From Actinomycetes bacterium (lineage in GTDB: Bacteria > Actinomycetota > Actinomycetes > Actinomycetales > Microbacteriaceae): a stretch of 64,000 nt of DNA. The position numbers were made by a program, and so were the translations under genes. The first letter of the stretch is position 1. Every line of letters starts with the position of its first letter. Positions 12,013-21,608 of this stretch are shown here, piece after piece. The notes beneath the pieces were generated by a model. It was not told where the DNA came from and did no database searches. It was given only the letters and a program-made list of their open reading frames with translations. The DNA is taken from positions 135,039 to 199,038 of the forward strand of contig JAKOTS010000032.1 in the NCBI GenBank assembly GCA_029777095.1, in the 5' to 3' direction.

Positions 12013-13035
12013 ATGCGAGTCCTTCTCACCGGCGGTGCCGGCTATATCGGTGCCCACACGGCCGTCGCGCTCATTGAAGCGGGGCACGACGTGCTCATCG
12101 TCGACGACTTCTCTGCGTCGAGCCCGGAGGCGGTACGACGCATCGAGACGATCACGGGTGCCAAAGTGCCTGTCCTCGCGGCCGATGCCCGCGACAAGAC
12201 GGCGCTCCTCGGCTTCGTGCGCGAACACGCACCGGTTGACGCTGTCATCCATTTCGCTGGGCTCAAGGCCGTCGGCGAATCCATGGCGCAGCCCGTGCGG
12301 TACTACGACGTCAACATCGGCACGGCACTCACTGTGCTGGAGGTCATGGCAGAGACCGGCATCCACACGATCGTCTTCTCGAGCTCAGCCACCGTCTATG
12401 GTGACCCTGCGCCCGAGGCGCTGCCGCTCACCGAGGCGTCGACGACCGGCATTGACCTCGCCAACCCATATGGCAAGACGAAGCGCATGATCGAAGAGAT
12501 TCTGCGGGATGCCGCTGCCGCCGACCCGCGCCTGCAAGCCGTGAGCCTCCGATACTTCAATCCTGTCGGCGCGCACCCGAGCGGGCTGATTGGCGAAGAT
12601 CCGGTCGGGATTCCAAACAACCTCATGCCGATCCTCTCGCGCGTGGCGATCGGATCGATGCCCGGCGTGTCGATCTATGGCGACGACTACGACACGCCCG
12701 ATGGCACGGGCCTGCGCGACTACATCCACGTCACCGATCTGGCCGCGGGGCACGTTGCGAGCCTCGAGCGCGCGCGTGATGGCTATGCGATCTTCAACCT
12801 CGGCACGGGCAAGCCTGTGAGCGTACTCGAACTGATCGAGGCGTTTCGGCTCGCCAGCGGTCGCCCGATCACGGCAACCGTCGCGCCGCGGCGCGCAGGC
12901 GATGTCGCTTCGAGCTATGCCGACCCGGGCAAAGCGCGGCGCGAGCTCGACTGGAGCGCCGAATTGTCGATCGACCAGGCCTGCGCCGACTACTGGCGCT
13001 GGCAGGAGCGCAATCCGGCCGGGTATCGCGGCTGA
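12013..13035 (+). CDS. galE: UDP-glucose 4-epimerase
   Basis: TGGAGYIG, HFAGLKAVGES, FSSSATVYG, YGKTK, LRYFNPVGAH, RDYIHV. TAGGCT -10 (12001-12006). Confidence 0.96.
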   Translation: MRVLLTGGAGYIGAHTAVALIEAGHDVLIVDDFSASSPEAVRRIETITGAKVPVLAADARDKTALLGFVREHAPVDAVIHFAGLKAVGESMAQPVRYYDVNIGTALTVLEVMAETGIHTIVFSSSATVYGDPAPEALPLTEASTTGIDLANPYGKTKRMIEEILRDAAAADPRLQAVSLRYFNPVGAHPSGLIGEDPVGIPNNLMPILSRVAIGSMPGVSIYGDDYDTPDGTGLRDYIHVTDLAAGHVASLERARDGYAIFNLGTGKPVSVLELIEAFRLASGRPITATVAPRRAGDVASSYADPGKARRELDWSAELSIDQACADYWRWQERNPAGYRG

Positions 13036-13066
13036 GGTGAGTGCGCGGTCCGGGGGTCGCAACATT

Positions 13067-13334
13067 CCGAGACACAGCGTCCCCTCCGAGACACAGCGGG
13101 TGCGCGTGTGTTTCGACGTCAGCGGTGTGTTTCGCGGGGTGGTGAGGGCTGGTCGGGCGAGCGGATGCCGCAGCCCAGCGTGGTGACGGTCGGTTGGGCG
13201 AGCGGATGCCGCAGCCCAGCGTGCGGGCCAGGTTTCGGCGGCCGGGTCGGGCTCGAGACGCGGCGCTGACTCTGAGACACAGCGGGTGCGCGTGTGTTTC
13301 GGCGTCAGCGGTGTGTTTCGCGGGGTGGTGAGGG
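13067..13334. repeat. REP-like intergenic repeat cluster
   Basis: 61-bp direct repeat at 13088-13148 and 13274-13334 (1 mismatch). 28-bp direct repeat at 13155-13182 and 13196-13223. CCGAGACACAGCG at 13067 and 13086. Confidence 0.85.
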
Positions 13335-13389
13335 GCGCAGCGCAGGCCGAATGGTGCGCCCCGCGCCACGCCCGCGCACGCGGCGGCTT

Positions 13390-14226
13390 GTGTGGTCAGA
13401 CCACACCCGATACTGTGGTCTGACCACAGGGAAGGGGCACGGCATCGATACTGCAACGACGGCAACCCCAACCCCCGCTCGCGCTTGGCGCCTCGTGCTT
13501 GAGCGCATCGAGCGCGACCTCCTCGACGGCGTGCTCGCCCCGGGCGACCGTCTGTCCTCCGAGCGCGAGCTCGCGACCCAGCTCGGGGTGGGTCGATCCA
13601 GCGTGCGCGAAGCGCTCCGCGTGCTCGAGGTCATGGGCCTCATCCGCACCGGCACCGGCTCGGGGCCAAGCTCGGGCGCGATCATCATCGCGACACCGCA
13701 GGGCGGTATGTCTGCGCTCCTGCGCCTGCAAGTCGCGGCACACGGCTTCCCGCTCGACGACGTCGTGCGCACCCGCCTGGTACTCGAAACCGCCGTCGTG
13801 ACCGAACTCGCCACGGCACCGGCACCGGCCACGGCAACAACACCAGCACCGGTAGAGCCGAGCGCGCCGCCACTCGCCGCCGCCCGCGCAACACTGCGCG
13901 CGATGGATGCCACCGACCTGACCGCTGCCGAGTTCCTCGCCCTCGACGCACAGCTCCACCTCGCGCTTGCCGAGGCTTCGGGCAACACCGTCATCGCGGC
14001 AATGATGGCGGGGCTCCGCACCTCTATCGAGTCGTACGTGCAGGCGGGCGCAACTGCGCTGAGCGATTGGGATGCCACGGCCCACCGCCTGCGCCACGAA
14101 CACCACGCCATCATCGACGCAATCGATGCCCGCGACGCCGACACGGCGCGCGACCTGATCCACCACCACATCTCCGGCTATTACGCCGAAGCGGGGCTTG
14201 CCCGCGAAGTCCCACGAAAGGCATGA
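13390..14226 (+). CDS. GntR/FadR-family transcriptional regulator (LldR-like); start uncertain
   Basis: w[34 protein letters not shown] plus FCD domain (EASGN...EHHAIIDAI). Stop overlaps the lldD start. The nearest in-frame GTG lies inside the operator. Confidence 0.85.
   Translation: MWSDHTRYCGLTTGKGHGIDTATTATPTPARAWRLVLERIERDLLDGVLAPGDRLSSERELATQLGVGRSSVREALRVLEVMGLIRTGTGSGPSSGAIIIATPQGGMSALLRLQVAAHGFPLDDVVRTRLVLETAVVTELATAPAPATATTPAPVEPSAPPLAAARATLRAMDATDLTAAEFLALDAQLHLALAEASGNTVIAAMMAGLRTSIESYVQAGATALSDWDATAHRLRHEHHAIIDAIDARDADTARDLIHHHISGYYAEAGLAREVPRKA
13391..13428. promoter_or_regulatory. Tandem FadR/LldR-type operators overlapping a putative -10 (TACTGT 13411-13416)
   Basis: Palindromes TGTGGTCAGACCACA (13391-13405) and TGTGGTCTGACCACA (13414-13428) match the FadR-subfamily TNGTNNNACNA consensus. 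Confidence 0.85.
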
Positions 14227-15503
14227 GCATGGTCCAGCGCCAACTTCCAAACCCCGCCGAGTTGCTCGAACTGATGAAGTTCAAGAAACCCGAACTCAAC
14301 GGCCGCAAACGCCGCCTCGACAAGGCGCTCACGATTGCTGACCTTCGCACGATTGCCAAGCGGCGCACGCCGAAGGCGGCATTTGACTACACGGATGGCG
14401 CAGCCGAGGGTGAGCTGTCGCTGGCCCGTGCCCGCCAGGCCTTCGAAGACATCGAGTTTCACCCCGGCATCCTGCGCCCCGCGCCAGACGTGAACACCTC
14501 CGTCGACATCCTGGGCGGCCCGAGCGCGCTCCCGTTCGGCATCGCGCCGACCGGCTTCACGCGTCTGATGCAGACCGAGGGTGAGATCGCCGGGGCGTCC
14601 GCGGCGGGGGCCGCCGGCATCCCGTTCACGCTGTCGACGCTCGGTACGAGCTCGATTGAGGCGGTGCGCGACGCAAATGCGCACGGACGTAACTGGTTCC
14701 AGCTGTATGTCATGAAAGATCGCGAGATCTCGTACGGGCTCACGCGACGTGCGGCCGAGGCCGGCTACGACACCCTGATGTTCACGGTCGACACCCCGGT
14801 CGCTGGCGCGCGCCTGCGCGATGCCCGCAACGGCTTCTCGATCCCGCCGCAGCTCACGCTCGGCACGATCATCAATGCGATCCCGCGTCCGTGGTGGTGG
14901 TTCGACTTCCTCACCACCCCCTCGCTCGAGTTCGCCTCGCTTTCGACCACCGGCGGCACGGTCGGGGAGCTGCTCGACTCAGCGATGGACCCGACGATCA
15001 GCTTCGAAGACCTCGAGATCATTCGCGGTATGTGGCCCGGCAAAATCGTGGTCAAGGGCGTGCAGAACGTCGAGGACTCGAAGCGCCTGATCGACCTCGG
15101 CGTCGACGGCATCATCCTCTCGAACCACGGTGGGCGCCAGCTCGACCGTGCCCCGATTCCGTTCCACCTCCTCCCGCAGGTCGTGCGCGAGGTCGGCAAG
15201 GACGCGACCGTGATGATCGACACGGGCATCATGAACGGCGCCGACATCGTGGCATCCATGGCGCTCGGCGCGAAGTTCACGCTCGTCGGCCGCGCGTACC
15301 TCTACGGCCTCATGGCGGGCGGACGCGAGGGCGTCGACCACATGATCAAGATCTTGCGCACCGAGATCGAGCGCACGATGCGCCTGTTGGGCGTCGCATC
15401 GCTCGACGAACTGCACCCCGGCCACGTCACGCAGCTTGCGCGCCTGGTGCCGGTGTCGCAGTCGCTGACGGATGCCGCAACCGCAGCTGCGATCAAGGCT
15501 TAA
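14223..15503 (+). CDS. lldD: FMN-dependent L-lactate dehydrogenase (alpha-hydroxy acid oxidase family)
   Basis: [48 protein letters not shown] overlap with the regulator. Confidence 0.9.
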   Translation: MSMVQRQLPNPAELLELMKFKKPELNGRKRRLDKALTIADLRTIAKRRTPKAAFDYTDGAAEGELSLARARQAFEDIEFHPGILRPAPDVNTSVDILGGPSALPFGIAPTGFTRLMQTEGEIAGASAAGAAGIPFTLSTLGTSSIEAVRDANAHGRNWFQLYVMKDREISYGLTRRAAEAGYDTLMFTVDTPVAGARLRDARNGFSIPPQLTLGTIINAIPRPWWWFDFLTTPSLEFASLSTTGGTVGELLDSAMDPTISFEDLEIIRGMWPGKIVVKGVQNVEDSKRLIDLGVDGIILSNHGGRQLDRAPIPFHLLPQVVREVGKDATVMIDTGIMNGADIVASMALGAKFTLVGRAYLYGLMAGGREGVDHMIKILRTEIERTMRLLGVASLDELHPGHVTQLARLVPVSQSLTDAATAAAIKA

Positions 15504-16288
15504 AGCGAGGCGGTCCCGGCGTTGATTGGCAGCGTCGGGATCAGTGCTTCGAGGTGCGACGCGGTCTGCTCCCAGCCCTCGACGGCGATGCTCGGCACGC
15601 CAAGCGCGAGCACCGGGTAATCGTTGCCATCGGGGTCGAGACGGTCGCCGAAGAACAGCATCTCGCCGAGCGGGATGCCGGTGTGCTCGGCGAGCTTCGT
15701 CATGCCGTAGGCCTTGTCGATGCCGTGGTGGGTGATGTCGACCGATGTCGAACCGCCGGAACGCACCTCAAGATCGGGCACGAGGGCTGCGACGGCGGCA
15801 CGCAGCTGCGACTTCTTCGCCCCGGTCGGATCCCACGCGAGCTTCGCTTCGAGCGGGGCCCGCTGACCGAGCGCCGAGAACGTGATCTGCGAGCCACGGT
15901 CTTCGAGGATGTCGCCCCAGGGCTCGTCGGCCCAGAGTCCGAGGCGGCGCGCCTCTCCCTCGACGGCGGCGCAGGCGCGCGCCTTCTCATCGTCGCTGAG
16001 CGAGTGCGCATAGATCGTCTGCAGCGAGGCGTCGGCGTCGACACGGTAGTACTGCGTGCCGCAGGTGGGCATGAGGTGGAGCGCCGCGAGCGCTGCCGGC
16101 GAGGCATCCGTCAGCCTTGCGAGCACCTGCGTGCGAAACTGCTGCACCTGACCGCCCGAGATGATGCACACTTGCACGCGCTCTGCCAGCTGCAGCAGCA
16201 ACGCGCCCATGCGGTCGCTGATTGCCGTCTTTGAGGGGGCGAGGGTGTCGTCGAGGTCGAATGCCACGAGGCGCGGTGGGGTCGTCAT
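15500..16288 (-). CDS. HAD-IIB hydrolase resembling alpha-phosphomannomutase (PMM)
   Basis: FDLDDTL motif [23 protein letters not shown]...DKAYG, FFGD...GNDYP. Confidence 0.8.
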   Translation of the reverse strand: MTTPPRLVAFDLDDTLAPSKTAISDRMGALLLQLAERVQVCIISGGQVQQFRTQVLARLTDASPAALAALHLMPTCGTQYYRVDADASLQTIYAHSLSDDEKARACAAVEGEARRLGLWADEPWGDILEDRGSQITFSALGQRAPLEAKLAWDPTGAKKSQLRAAVAALVPDLEVRSGGSTSVDITHHGIDKAYGMTKLAEHTGIPLGEMLFFGDRLDPDGNDYPVLALGVPSIAVEGWEQTASHLEALIPTLPINAGTASL

Positions 16289-16334
16289 GCGGCTCCAGAG
16301 GGTGTGTGCAGGGTCAGAATCGTGCGGTTTGAGT

Positions 16335-16808
16335 CTACGCGGATGGCACGCGGGGGCGAGCGGTGAGCCAGGTTGCGGCGGCCGCGAGAGCAACGCCCAG
16401 CGCCGAACCACCGACGTTGCAGAGCCAGCGCAACGGATCGGCCTCGTGCCCGGGCATTGCGGCCCACGCGATGAGCTGCAGCATGATCGTCACGACCGGG
16501 CCGATCAGCAGGCTGAGGGGCCAGGCCCAGCGGGGCAGCGTGAGGTAGGCAAAGATGCCGACAGGCACGAAGAAGATGGTTCCCCAGATCAGCGAGCGGA
16601 TGCCGGTTTGCCTCGGCAGGATGCCGGGGATCAGGCTGATCGATCCGGGGTCGGGGATGAACTCGCCGCCGGTGGTCAACACGCTCGTCTCGCTCGGGTA
16701 CGAGAGCATGCTGAGGGTCACCAAAAGAGCGACGTAGCAAAGCCCGAGTACTGCGGCAATGATCGTCGTGCGTCGACGGCGCGCCAAAAGGTGAGCCAAG
16801 TTCGTCAC
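16335..16808 (-). CDS. VanZ-like membrane protein
   Basis: About 4 hydrophobic segments; FFVPVG and CNVGGSALG resemble VanZ motifs. GTG start inferred. Confidence 0.6.
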   Translation of the reverse strand: MTNLAHLLARRRRTTIIAAVLGLCYVALLVTLSMLSYPSETSVLTTGGEFIPDPGSISLIPGILPRQTGIRSLIWGTIFFVPVGIFAYLTLPRWAWPLSLLIGPVVTIMLQLIAWAAMPGHEADPLRWLCNVGGSALGVALAAAATWLTARPRVPSA

Positions 16809-16930
16809 CCCCAAGTGCCGAATCGTGGTTGCAGAGCCCCCAAGCTCCGGTGCAAGTGTATTGCAGGCGGGGTGTTCGCACGCGGAAGATTTCGGTGCCC
16901 ACAGGCGCGATGCAGGCGGGAGCAAAAACA

Positions 16931-16964
16931 GAAGAGGGACCATCCTTGCGGATGATCCCTCTTC
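16931..16964 (-). terminator. Hairpin downstream of tRNA-Pro
   Basis: GAAGAGGGACCATCC / GGATGATCCCTCTTC imperfect stem; reads into a T-rich tract on the minus strand. Confidence 0.7.
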
Positions 16965-16969
16965 AGAGT

Positions 16970-17046
16970 TGGTCGGGGTGACAGGATTTGAACCTGCGGC
17001 CTCGTCGTCCCGAACGACGCGCGCTACCAAACTGCGCCACACCCCG
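16970..17046 (-). tRNA. tRNA-Pro (anticodon CGG)
   Basis: Minus strand CGGGGTGTGGCGCAGTTTGGTAGCGCG-CGTCG-TTCGGGA-CGACG-AGGCCGCAGGTTCAAATCCTGTCACCCCGACCA; encoded CCA. Confidence 0.97.
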
Positions 17047-17108
17047 GTGGCAACCAGTCGAGTCTACCTGATCCGCAGGCGCAGCTCGAACCACGTCGGG
17101 CCGAGTGC

Positions 17109-18086
17109 CTACGCTTCGCGTGCCACCAGCGTGAGCAGGGACGCTTCGGGCGGGCAAGCGAATCGCACGGGTGCGTAGATCGAGTGGCCAAGACCCGCGC
17201 TGACATTGAGCGCGGCGGTGTGGCCGAGCCGGTGCCATGAGCTCAGGCCGCTGGCCTGCTTCAGCGGGATGTCGCAGTTCGCGACCAGCGCACCAAAGCC
17301 TGGAACACGCACCTGCCCGCCGTGTGTGTGTCCGCCGAAGATGACATCCGCGCCAGCGCCCGTGAAGGCATCCAAGACCCGTCGGTAGGGGGCGTGCGTG
17401 ACGGCGACCGTGAGCGGGTGGGGATCGGCTTCGGGGTCAGCAAGGCCGTCGCCGTCGAGATCGGTTGAGGCCGCCTGCAACTGGTCGAAGAGGCCCGGGA
17501 GGAGATCGAGACGGTCCCAGTTGCGGTGCGCATCGTTGACGCCCACGAGGTTGACGCGCCGCCCGTGCACGTCGACCGTCGCAGCGGCGTTGTTCACATC
17601 ATGCCAACCGAGCGTCGAGGTGAAGAACGAGTCCATCGCTTCGGTGTCGAGGCGAACCTCTCGGCTGTGATTCTTCGATGGCCCGAGGAAGTAGCGAAGT
17701 GGGTTGCGCGGTGCCGATGCGAAGAGATCGTTCGAGCCGTGCACGAATGCTCCGGGGATGCCTCGAAATCCTGCGAAGGCGGCGCGGATGCCGCGCACGG
17801 CGTCGGGGTGCCCAAGATTGTCGCCGGTGTTGATGATCAGGTCGGGGCGGAGCGATGCGAGTGAGGCGATCCACGCCTGCTTGCGGCGTTGCCAGGGGGC
17901 CATGTGCACATCTGAGATGTGCAGCACGCGGATGGGCGCTGAGCCGGGCGCCAAGACGGCGACGGTGTGTCGGCGCAGCGTGTAGAGGTGGCGCTCGATC
18001 CCGATGCCCCAGACCGCGGCGGCAGCACCCACCGCCCCCACCGCCAATACGGCGGTGCGGACGGGGTGCTGGGTGCTGCTTGCCAC
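17109..18086 (-). CDS. Calcineurin-like metallophosphoesterase with N-terminal TM anchor
   Basis: HISDVH, TGDNL, GSND, VTHAP, GHTHGGQ motifs; overlaps the ponA stop. Confidence 0.9.
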   Translation of the reverse strand: MASSTQHPVRTAVLAVGAVGAAAAVWGIGIERHLYTLRRHTVAVLAPGSAPIRVLHISDVHMAPWQRRKQAWIASLASLRPDLIINTGDNLGHPDAVRGIRAAFAGFRGIPGAFVHGSNDLFASAPRNPLRYFLGPSKNHSREVRLDTEAMDSFFTSTLGWHDVNNAAATVDVHGRRVNLVGVNDAHRNWDRLDLLPGLFDQLQAASTDLDGDGLADPEADPHPLTVAVTHAPYRRVLDAFTGAGADVIFGGHTHGGQVRVPGFGALVANCDIPLKQASGLSSWHRLGHTAALNVSAGLGHSIYAPVRFACPPEASLLTLVAREA

Positions 18087-20686
18087 TACGGGCAGCTGAT
18101 CGCGTTGTAGTTGACCGAGATTTTCGCGTTGCGGCTCGCCGTGGAGCCTGCCGGAGGATCGGTGCTGGTGGCGGCACCGGCGGGCGGTGCGTTCGGCGTC
18201 ACGGTGCACTGGCCGAGCTCGGCTTTGCTAAACCCTGCAGACTGCAGGGCGGCGACCGCGTCGGCCGGGGTCTTGCCGTTGACCAGGGGAACATTCGTGC
18301 CCTCGCCGTTGCTCGGGTTGATCGTGACGGTGCTGCCACCGGCGACCTTGCCGGCGTCCGGCGACTGCGCGCCGACCGTGCCGGCTGCTTCGCCCGAGTC
18401 GACGGGGTCTCCAACGCTGACCGAGAAACCTGCCTTCTCAAGGATGCTGGTGGCATCCTCGATCGACTTGCCGATCACATTCGGGAGGTCCTTCAGGACC
18501 GGACGGGTCAGCTTGGGATCGGGCTGCGGGAAGCGGTCGCTGCCGTAGGCGGCGTTCGCTGCGCGTTGGATGGCGGGTGCCAGCTTGTGACGCACGTCCG
18601 AGAGGCGCACACCATTGACTGAGTTGTTCCAGAGAGAGACGCGATCGCGGTAGTTGCCCACCCACACAGCCGTCGCGACCTTCGAGCTCGACTCGACCAT
18701 CGCGGTGTGGAAGCTGTCGTCGGTACCGGTCTTGCCGATCAGCGGCGTGCCATCCCACGTGTTCGACGGCGTTCCGGTGCCGCTCGACATCACGCGCTGG
18801 AGCGCGTGCGCTGCGGTCGCAGCGACCTCGGGCGAAATGACCTGCTCGCAGGTGGTCTTCGGTGGCTCGATAGCTTCACCATTTGGACCGGTAATACTAT
18901 CGATGGCTGTCGGCTGGCAGTACTTGCCGCCATTGGCGACGGTGGCGTATGCCCCGGCCATCGCCATCGGCGACACGTTCTTCGAACCGAGCACGCTGGC
19001 GTACGGTGCGTTTGCGGCCTCGATCTGGTTGCCTGCTTCGTCGTACTTGTCTTTCGTGATGTCTGAGCCATCGCCGTAGCTCACTCCGAGGCGCTTGGCC
19101 ATCTCGTTGATGTCGCAGAGGTCAAGCTCGGCTGCCATCGCGAGGAAGCCGGTGTTGAGCGAGGCGGAGGTGAAGTCCATCACCGTGCCGACATTGCCGC
19201 CGGCCTTGCCAAAGTTGTTCATAAGGTCTTTGTTGACGAGGACGCCGCCGGGCTCGCACTTCGCCGAGAACTTCGGGAAGAGGCGCATCCGGCCGTTGAG
19301 TACTTCGTTGACCGAGTGCCCTTGCTCGAGCCAGTCGAGCAGGGTGAACAGCTTGTACGTCGACCCCATCGGGAACCCGCTGGATCCGCCGTAAGCGCGT
19401 GTCGTATTGAAGTTCAGTGCTGAGTACGAAGGGTCCTGCTCGATCAGCGCCAGCGACTGTGCGAAGTGCGTGTTCTGCACCATCGACAGGATGCGCCCCG
19501 TCGAGACCTCGAGCGAGACGCCCGAGGCGCCGAGGCTCATGAAGTCAACGGATGCCGGAACGTAGCGGTCCATGGCCTCCTGCGCAGGTCCTTGCACGCG
19601 CATGTCGAGGGTGGTGTAGATCTGGAGGCCACCGCGGCGGAGGAGGAGGTCACGGTCTTCCTGTGTCTCGCCAAATGCGGGGTCATTCTTGATCGACCAC
19701 GTCACGTAGTCACAGAAGTAGCCGGCGCCAGCGCTCACCGCACCGCAGCCCACCTGGGGATCGGAGATCGCTGGCACAATCGGGGCGTCGTAGGCCTCCT
19801 GGTACTGCTCCTGCGTGATCTTGCCCTCACGTAGCATCTGGCCGAGCACGTACTTCTGGCGCTGCTTCGTCTTGCTGTAGCCGTCGGCCGCGCCGTTGAC
19901 TTCACGCTCCGGGCGGTCGAGCCGGAACTCGTTGGGGTTCTGCACCATGCCGGCGAGTGCCGCTGCCTGGCCCACGTTCAGGTCTGCGGCATTGACGCTG
20001 AAGTAGCGCTGCGCGGCGGCCTGGACGCCGTAGGTCAACCCACCGAAACCGGCGATGTTGAGGTATCCGAGCAAAATATCGTCTTTGTTGTACTGCTTCT
20101 CAAGCTCGATCGAGTAGCGCATCTCTTGGAGCTTGCGGGCCATGCCCGAGGTGCCGTCGGAGGTCACTGCCTCGTCGTAGCACGCCTTCAGATCGGCGCC
20201 GGTCTCGGCGTCGGCGTTACACGCCTGCACCTGCACGTTCTTGACATACTGCTGGCTGATCGACGAGCCGCCCTGCACAGCGCCGCCCGAATACGTCTTG
20301 ATGACCGCGCGCGCCGTGCCGATGATGTCGATGCCGCCGTGCTCGTAGAAGCGCGGGTCTTCACTCGAGATGATTGCGTCGTACATGACGGTGGCGACCT
20401 GATCGAACGCGACCGGCTCGCGGTCTTGATCGAAGAAGGTCGCCATTTCGACGTGCTGGCCCTCGGGATTTGTGTAGTACATCGTGGAGGGCTGCATGAG
20501 CTCTCCGATCTCGAGGTAGCTCGGCAAACCGTTGAACATCGTGATTGCGCTTGACGCGGCTGCACCAGAAACAGCGATCGCGGGGGTCACGGTGGCGGTC
20601 ACCAGCATGCCGGCGACGACGCTCAGGCCGACGATGCCGGCCAGGCCTCCGAGCACACCGGTAGCAGTGGATTTGGGTTCGGGCAT
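18086..20686 (-). CDS. ponA: Class A penicillin-binding protein (transglycosylase + transpeptidase + PASTA domains), PonA2-like
   Basis: EDPRFYEHGGID, GGSSISQQYVKN, RKLQE, YLN transglycosylase motifs; STYK (SxxK), SLN, KTGT; C-terminal PASTA-like repeats. Confidence 0.93.
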   Translation of the reverse strand: MPEPKSTATGVLGGLAGIVGLSVVAGMLVTATVTPAIAVSGAAASSAITMFNGLPSYLEIGELMQPSTMYYTNPEGQHVEMATFFDQDREPVAFDQVATVMYDAIISSEDPRFYEHGGIDIIGTARAVIKTYSGGAVQGGSSISQQYVKNVQVQACNADAETGADLKACYDEAVTSDGTSGMARKLQEMRYSIELEKQYNKDDILLGYLNIAGFGGLTYGVQAAAQRYFSVNAADLNVGQAAALAGMVQNPNEFRLDRPEREVNGAADGYSKTKQRQKYVLGQMLREGKITQEQYQEAYDAPIVPAISDPQVGCGAVSAGAGYFCDYVTWSIKNDPAFGETQEDRDLLLRRGGLQIYTTLDMRVQGPAQEAMDRYVPASVDFMSLGASGVSLEVSTGRILSMVQNTHFAQSLALIEQDPSYSALNFNTTRAYGGSSGFPMGSTYKLFTLLDWLEQGHSVNEVLNGRMRLFPKFSAKCEPGGVLVNKDLMNNFGKAGGNVGTVMDFTSASLNTGFLAMAAELDLCDINEMAKRLGVSYGDGSDITKDKYDEAGNQIEAANAPYASVLGSKNVSPMAMAGAYATVANGGKYCQPTAIDSITGPNGEAIEPPKTTCEQVISPEVAATAAHALQRVMSSGTGTPSNTWDGTPLIGKTGTDDSFHTAMVESSSKVATAVWVGNYRDRVSLWNNSVNGVRLSDVRHKLAPAIQRAANAAYGSDRFPQPDPKLTRPVLKDLPNVIGKSIEDATSILEKAGFSVSVGDPVDSGEAAGTVGAQSPDAGKVAGGSTVTINPSNGEGTNVPLVNGKTPADAVAALQSAGFSKAELGQCTVTPNAPPAGAATSTDPPAGSTASRNAKISVNYNAISCP

Positions 20687-20804
20687 AAGATTGATCGTAG
20701 GTCACAGACCCGCGTGAAGTCCTGAGCGAATCCTGTGATGGATGCCTCAAATTCACGTCGTCGTGCCGCATGGCGGCGTCCATCTGATGCTCGAGGGAGT
20801 CAAC

Positions 20805-21026
20805 ATGACCACGTGGGAGTACTTGACCACGCCACTGCTTATTCACAACACCGCCGCGATCCTCAACAACTGGGGAAAGCAGGGTTGGGAGCTCGTGCAG
20901 GTGGTGACCGGGCCCGAGGGCGGGCTGGTTGCATACCTGAAGCGTCCGCTCGCAGACGGGGGTGAGGCAGCCAACGCTGGCCTCGCAGCCGCCGCCCAAG
21001 CGGCGAAACAATTCGAAGGAGAATGA
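20805..21026 (+). CDS. DUF4177-type small protein
   Basis: MTTWEYLTTPL...ILNNWGKQGWELVQV...AYLKRP pattern; GGGAG SD; syntenic with RidA and ponA. Confidence 0.8.
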   Translation: MTTWEYLTTPLLIHNTAAILNNWGKQGWELVQVVTGPEGGLVAYLKRPLADGGEAANAGLAAAAQAAKQFEGE

Positions 21027-21499
21027 GCATGACTATTTCGAAGCGCATGGCAGAACTCGGAATCGAGCTGCCCGAGGTTGTGGCCCCGTTGGCGGCCTAC
21101 GTCTCTGCGAAAACCAGTGGTTCACAGGTGTTCACGGCGGGTCAGCTGCCGATGGTGTCTGGTGAGCTCGAGGCAACCGGCAAGGTCGGCGACGGCCACG
21201 GCCTCGTGCCCGCGTCTGACGCGAAGGGCTACGCCCGTCAGTGCGCAATCAACGCGATCGCGGCGGCTGCCGCGGCGGTTGGCGGCGTCGATAAGCTCAC
21301 CGGCGTCGTCAGGGTCGTTGGGTTCGTTGCGGCAGATCCCACGTTCACGGCGATCCCCGGCGTGATCAATGGCGCCTCCGAGCTGCTTCGCGAGGTCTTC
21401 GGTGAAGCGGGCGCGCACGCGCGCTCGGCCGTCGGCGTTGCGGTGCTCCCGCTCGACAGCCCCGTCGAAGTTGAAGTCATCTTCGAGTTCGCTGTGTAA
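21023..21499 (+). CDS. RidA/YjgF-family protein
   Basis: YVSA..SG..VFTAGQLP, GAS..L..VFG, HARSAVGV..LP...PVEVE. Confidence 0.9.
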   Translation: MSMTISKRMAELGIELPEVVAPLAAYVSAKTSGSQVFTAGQLPMVSGELEATGKVGDGHGLVPASDAKGYARQCAINAIAAAAAAVGGVDKLTGVVRVVGFVAADPTFTAIPGVINGASELLREVFGEAGAHARSAVGVAVLPLDSPVEVEVIFEFAV

Positions 21500-21512
21500 T
21501 CAGTTTTTCGCT

Positions 21513-21561
21513 GAAAAGAGCTTCGCCCCGCGGTGGTTTGCCGCGGGGCGAAGCTCTTTTC
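21513..21561. terminator. Bidirectional intrinsic terminator between ridA and acs
   Basis: Perfect 21-bp stem GAAAAGAGCTTCGCCCCGCGG / CCGCGGGGCGAAGCTCTTTTC. Confidence 0.9.
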
Positions 21562-21608
21562 AGTTGGGCATCGAGCGCCGTTTATGACGCAGTGCGCGGA
21601 TGCCGCGG

